64,000 nt of DNA from Coleofasciculus sp. B1-GNL1-01 (lineage in GTDB: Bacteria; Cyanobacteriota; Cyanobacteriia; Cyanobacteriales; Coleofasciculaceae), in the NCBI GenBank assembly GCA_040220235.1, contig JAVJTO010000132.1. The stretch is one strand, 5' to 3'. A model generated the notes under the pieces. The model had not been told where the DNA came from, did not search any database, and was given only the letters and a program-made list of their open reading frames with translations. This document shows positions 60,757 to 64,000 of the stretch, in pieces. Each line of letters starts with the position of its first letter. The stretch's first letter is position 1. The position numbers and the translations under genes were made by a program.

Positions 60757-61296
60757 TGGGAAGGGCGGGTTTTGTGGTTCGTTTATTGATGGGGAGGGCG
60801 GGTTTTGTTGTTCCGTGAGTGGTGAATATCTGAATTTAGTTCCTAAACCCGCCCCTACAATTGTCCCTAAACCCGCCCCTACAATTGTCCCTAAACCCGC
60901 CCCTACCAATGATTGATGACAAATAAAATCACATCAGCTTCTGAAGCTTGCCTAGAATCACAAACCTATAAAAATAAAGGTTTAAATCATTTTTATTAAC
61001 AAGATTTAACCCGAAATAATATAACCTATTGTAGGGGCGACCCGCTGCATAAATCAACAACACCCATCCTCTCAATTTTATCGGGTCGCCCTTTACCAAA
61101 TTAGGTTGGGTTGTCTTATCCTGAACCCGGACAGGTTTTATTGTTCATTTATCGGTGGGGGAGGGCGGGTTTCGTTGTTCATTTATCGGTGGGGAGGGCG
61201 GGTTTCGTTGTTCATTTATCGGTGGAGAGGGCGGGTTTTGTTTTTCCGTGAGTGGTAAATATCCGAAGTTAGTCCCTAAACCCGCCCCTACAATTG
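60757..61296. repeat. REP/REPIN-like cluster with tandemly amplified arms
   Basis: GGGCGGGTTT..AAACCCGCCCCTAC elements; 24-bp unit x3 (~60840-60906), ~33-bp unit x3 (~61134-61233), GTAGGGGCGACCCG..CGGGTCGCCC at 61032-61091. Confidence 0.85.
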
Positions 61297-61337
61297 CTTG
61301 ACCCTAGACTTTCCACCGGAACGCCTCTACAATACAA

Positions 61338-63629
61338 TCACGAGACAGAAACCGGGGTTTTCTCCCAGTTACTCTCCTGCGGCGCGGGTGGTAACCCCAT
61401 AAATCCTGATCGTTTGATATGATTGGCGATAATCCCTAGTGTGGGCAAGCCAAAGGCATCTAACTGAGTAATAGTTTGCTTAACTAACGAATTCTTAGTT
61501 TTCTTAATTGCCGTCACCAGCAACAACCCATCGGTATGCCTTGCCAGATAACTAATATCCATACAACTGGGGAACTCTGGTGTATCATAAACCACCAAAT
61601 CAAACTTAGTCTCAAACTCCGTCATCAGCTCCTGCATTTGCGCCGAAGCAAACCGCCGTGTCAGATGGGGGCGGGGTTGACCTGCGGTTAATACAAACAG
61701 ATTATCAGAAATCGGCGATCGCTGGATAAAATCATGAGGCATCAAATCATCAGCCAGCAAGTCACTCAATCCTTTAGCATTGGGTAAATTCAACTGCTGA
61801 TGCATCTGAGGATGGATCAAATTCGCATCCACCAACAGCACCCGTTGACCCATTTGGGCTGCGGTTTGGGCTAAATGTAACGCCACCGTCGATTTCCCAT
61901 CCCCCAACGCCGCCGAGGTAACACTCAGAGAACGAATCGGGCGGTCTGAAAACAGAAACCGGATACTGGTATAAATAGAGTCAAAGGCTTCCAGAAACCT
62001 CGCATCCGGATAACCCTGATCCCCAGTCTCTTTATCCTGCTTCTGATTCCGATTTTGATAAGCCGGAACTTCACCCAACACAGGCAAATCCGTCGCATCC
62101 TTAAGGTCTTCTGTGCTATAAAAAATATCTCTGATTTTTTCCTGGAGAACCCCTAACCCCAGACCTAAGACGACTCCCCCCATCACTCCCATCAACAGCA
62201 GTTTATCAGAGGATTCTGCCATATTTATCGGATTCCCGTATTGATCTCGGGCGATTTCCGGTTCCGATAGAATTTCCCACGGCAGTTTATTTCCTGCTTC
62301 CTCAACCTGGAATGTTTCCCGCTGCCTTAAAAGTTGATTCAACGTCTGTGTCGCCACTTCCAACTGCCGCTGGAGTTCGGTATACTGGCGGATCACCTCA
62401 GGCATTTGCTGAGCTTGTTGCGCGAATGTCGCTCTCGTCTGAGCTAACTGCTGACTGCGTTCTTCCAACAGTTGAATCTGGTTCGTCGCTTCCACCAGTT
62501 GCTGAATCAGCCCCATACGAACGGAATTCTGAAATGTCATCACATCCGAATTATTGGTGGTAGTTTTGAGGTTCTCGCCAATAATCCTTTGGGCTTCTTG
62601 ATTCAGCAGCGCCTGTAAATTCTGCCGTTGTTCCTGTAGCGCTTGCATTTTGGGATCATCGGGTAGAAAACGGGCAGATTCTATTGCTATCTGACTCTCG
62701 ACTTCCTGAATTTTCCCCAACAACCCTTGATAACGCGGGTCTTGGCTTAAGGCGGATGAAGCGATGGCTTCCTCTGGAGATAACCCGAGTTGTTGCCGCA
62801 AGTTAGTTGAGAGGGTTCTTAACTCCCTTAGCTCTTGTTGAGTTGCTCGCTGTTGATTTTCAAGATCCCGGACTTGACCGAGTAATTCTGCCCCTTTAGA
62901 TTGAGGCTCAATCAGGTCATAGCGCTCCTGAATACTCTGAATCTGTTTCTGATAGTTATTGACGCGCTCCTGCAATTTCGGCAGTTGCTCATCTATAAAT
63001 TTAACCCCTTCACTAATACTGCTTTGGCGTTCATCAAGACTATACTTTAAATATTTCTCAGCCGTTTCCTCTAAAACTAACTCAGCCAGTTTAGGATCAG
63101 AGCTTTGATAATTCACTGCCAGAATCTTAGTACCCGAATCTCTCCCTTTTCCGACAGTGACCTGTTCTATAGTTAACCCTTGTCTTAAAGCACCGACACT
63201 AACTCTACCAGGATATTGCGCTTCAATTTCCTCCACTACTGGTCCCAGAACACCCACTCCCTTTAATATTTCAATCTGAGTGGGGTAATCCAAGCGAAAC
63301 ATTTGCTCATTCGGCACACCACTGGTGCGAGCTAGGGCGCTAGGGTCACTTGCCCGTTCTTCAGTGGTTACGGGTTCTACTAATAGACGAAATCCCCCAG
63401 CATAAATTGGGGCTTCCTTAGTACTTACATACCAAGCCGCTGCGGTGGTTAGGGTAGTCAAACCCACAATCAGCCAAGCTTTCCGCTTCGCCGTTCGCAA
63501 CAAGGGACGCAAATTCAATCCACGTTGGGGAGTCGCTGTCACCTCATCAGCAAAATCCGCAGACAATGGCGGCTCATGTCTATCGCCTTTGCCGTTTAAT
63601 GAAAGTGGAGAATCCCGTTCTATGTCCAT
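61338..63629 (-). CDS. wzc: Wzc/GumC polysaccharide co-polymerase with BY-kinase domain
   Basis: Two TMs around coiled coil, TSA..GDGKST, LLVDAN, DLVVYDTP; start chosen at MDIERD with GAGG upstream. Confidence 0.85.
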   Translation of the reverse strand: MDIERDSPLSLNGKGDRHEPPLSADFADEVTATPQRGLNLRPLLRTAKRKAWLIVGLTTLTTAAAWYVSTKEAPIYAGGFRLLVEPVTTEERASDPSALARTSGVPNEQMFRLDYPTQIEILKGVGVLGPVVEEIEAQYPGRVSVGALRQGLTIEQVTVGKGRDSGTKILAVNYQSSDPKLAELVLEETAEKYLKYSLDERQSSISEGVKFIDEQLPKLQERVNNYQKQIQSIQERYDLIEPQSKGAELLGQVRDLENQQRATQQELRELRTLSTNLRQQLGLSPEEAIASSALSQDPRYQGLLGKIQEVESQIAIESARFLPDDPKMQALQEQRQNLQALLNQEAQRIIGENLKTTTNNSDVMTFQNSVRMGLIQQLVEATNQIQLLEERSQQLAQTRATFAQQAQQMPEVIRQYTELQRQLEVATQTLNQLLRQRETFQVEEAGNKLPWEILSEPEIARDQYGNPINMAESSDKLLLMGVMGGVVLGLGLGVLQEKIRDIFYSTEDLKDATDLPVLGEVPAYQNRNQKQDKETGDQGYPDARFLEAFDSIYTSIRFLFSDRPIRSLSVTSAALGDGKSTVALHLAQTAAQMGQRVLLVDANLIHPQMHQQLNLPNAKGLSDLLADDLMPHDFIQRSPISDNLFVLTAGQPRPHLTRRFASAQMQELMTEFETKFDLVVYDTPEFPSCMDISYLARHTDGLLLVTAIKKTKNSLVKQTITQLDAFGLPTLGIIANHIKRSGFMGLPPAPQESNWEKTPVSVS

Positions 63630-63925
63630 GTTGACCTCTGTCACGTTGACTGTACCGCACCCAAACCCTTCTTTTGCAACAGTTCCTGGCATGTCTATTA
63701 TGCCAGACCATTTAGCCAACTGTCTCTACCCTTAGGTGTCTCACACAAGACTTTTCCCAAATGGGCGAGTCTTCTCAATTTTAAATGAAACCATAGATGA
63801 CCATCAATAAAGCTTTGATAAAGTTTACCAGGGAACGGGGAACAGGGAATAGGTGACAGAGTGACAGGAAGCAATAAGCTGTTCGGCATTTAAACCATAA
63901 TGTCAAGAATTGCGAGATCCTTGCC

Positions 63926-64000
63926 GTAGTGCGAGCATCTTGCTCGCTACCCAGGAGCATCTTGCTCGCTACCCAGGAGCATCTTGCTCGCTACCCAGGA
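63926..64000 (+). repeat. 22-bp tandem repeat derived from a REP palindrome (runs off window)
   Basis: GTAGTGC then GAGCATCTTGCTCGCTACCCAG x3, identical, no spacers. Confidence 0.9.

Noticed and set aside
60757..61296. Possible CRISPR array
   Set aside because: Units are head-to-tail with no unique spacers, are REP-derived, and no cas genes are nearby
61338..61450. Wzc lacking a C-terminal tyrosine cluster
   Set aside because: Walker motifs are intact and variable tails are, to my knowledge, not rare in cyanobacterial homologs; insufficient evidence of novelty
63926..64000. Possible CRISPR array at window end
   Set aside because: 22-bp units abut directly without spacers

Overview
Genomic window from a cyanobacterium. 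The evidence is frequent HIP1 octamers (GCGATCGC) plus psbB-psbT-nrdR-rps1, hemE and sigC. The abundant REP/STRR repeats and 9-mer GGAGCTGGG tracts suggest a filamentous, Coleofasciculus-like taxon, though that is only inference. There are three blocks. (1) 1-16.3 kb is a surface-glycosylation region: a YfhO/GT-C-like protein, NDP-sugar enzymes, GtrA/GtrB-like genes and GT4s. It contains a ~6.6 kb AT-rich insert bracketed by a diverged 5' duplicate of a GT4 gene. The insert carries an IS607-family element (8525-10394) with a dead tnpA, an intact Zn-finger-less 496-aa TnpB and a structured omega-RNA-like 3' end. (2) 16.3-31.4 kb holds housekeeping genes. (3) 31.9-64 kb is a large exopolysaccharide cluster with five sulfotransferases, several methyltransferases, an acetyltransferase, GT2/GT4/GT61 enzymes, a Wzy/O-antigen-ligase-like protein, an ABC exporter, rfbACD and wzc. 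Several MITE families with readable target-site duplications and many REP-like palindromes fill the intergenic space. I found no CRISPR array, tRNA or rRNA. All product calls are from motif recognition by eye, not database searches.
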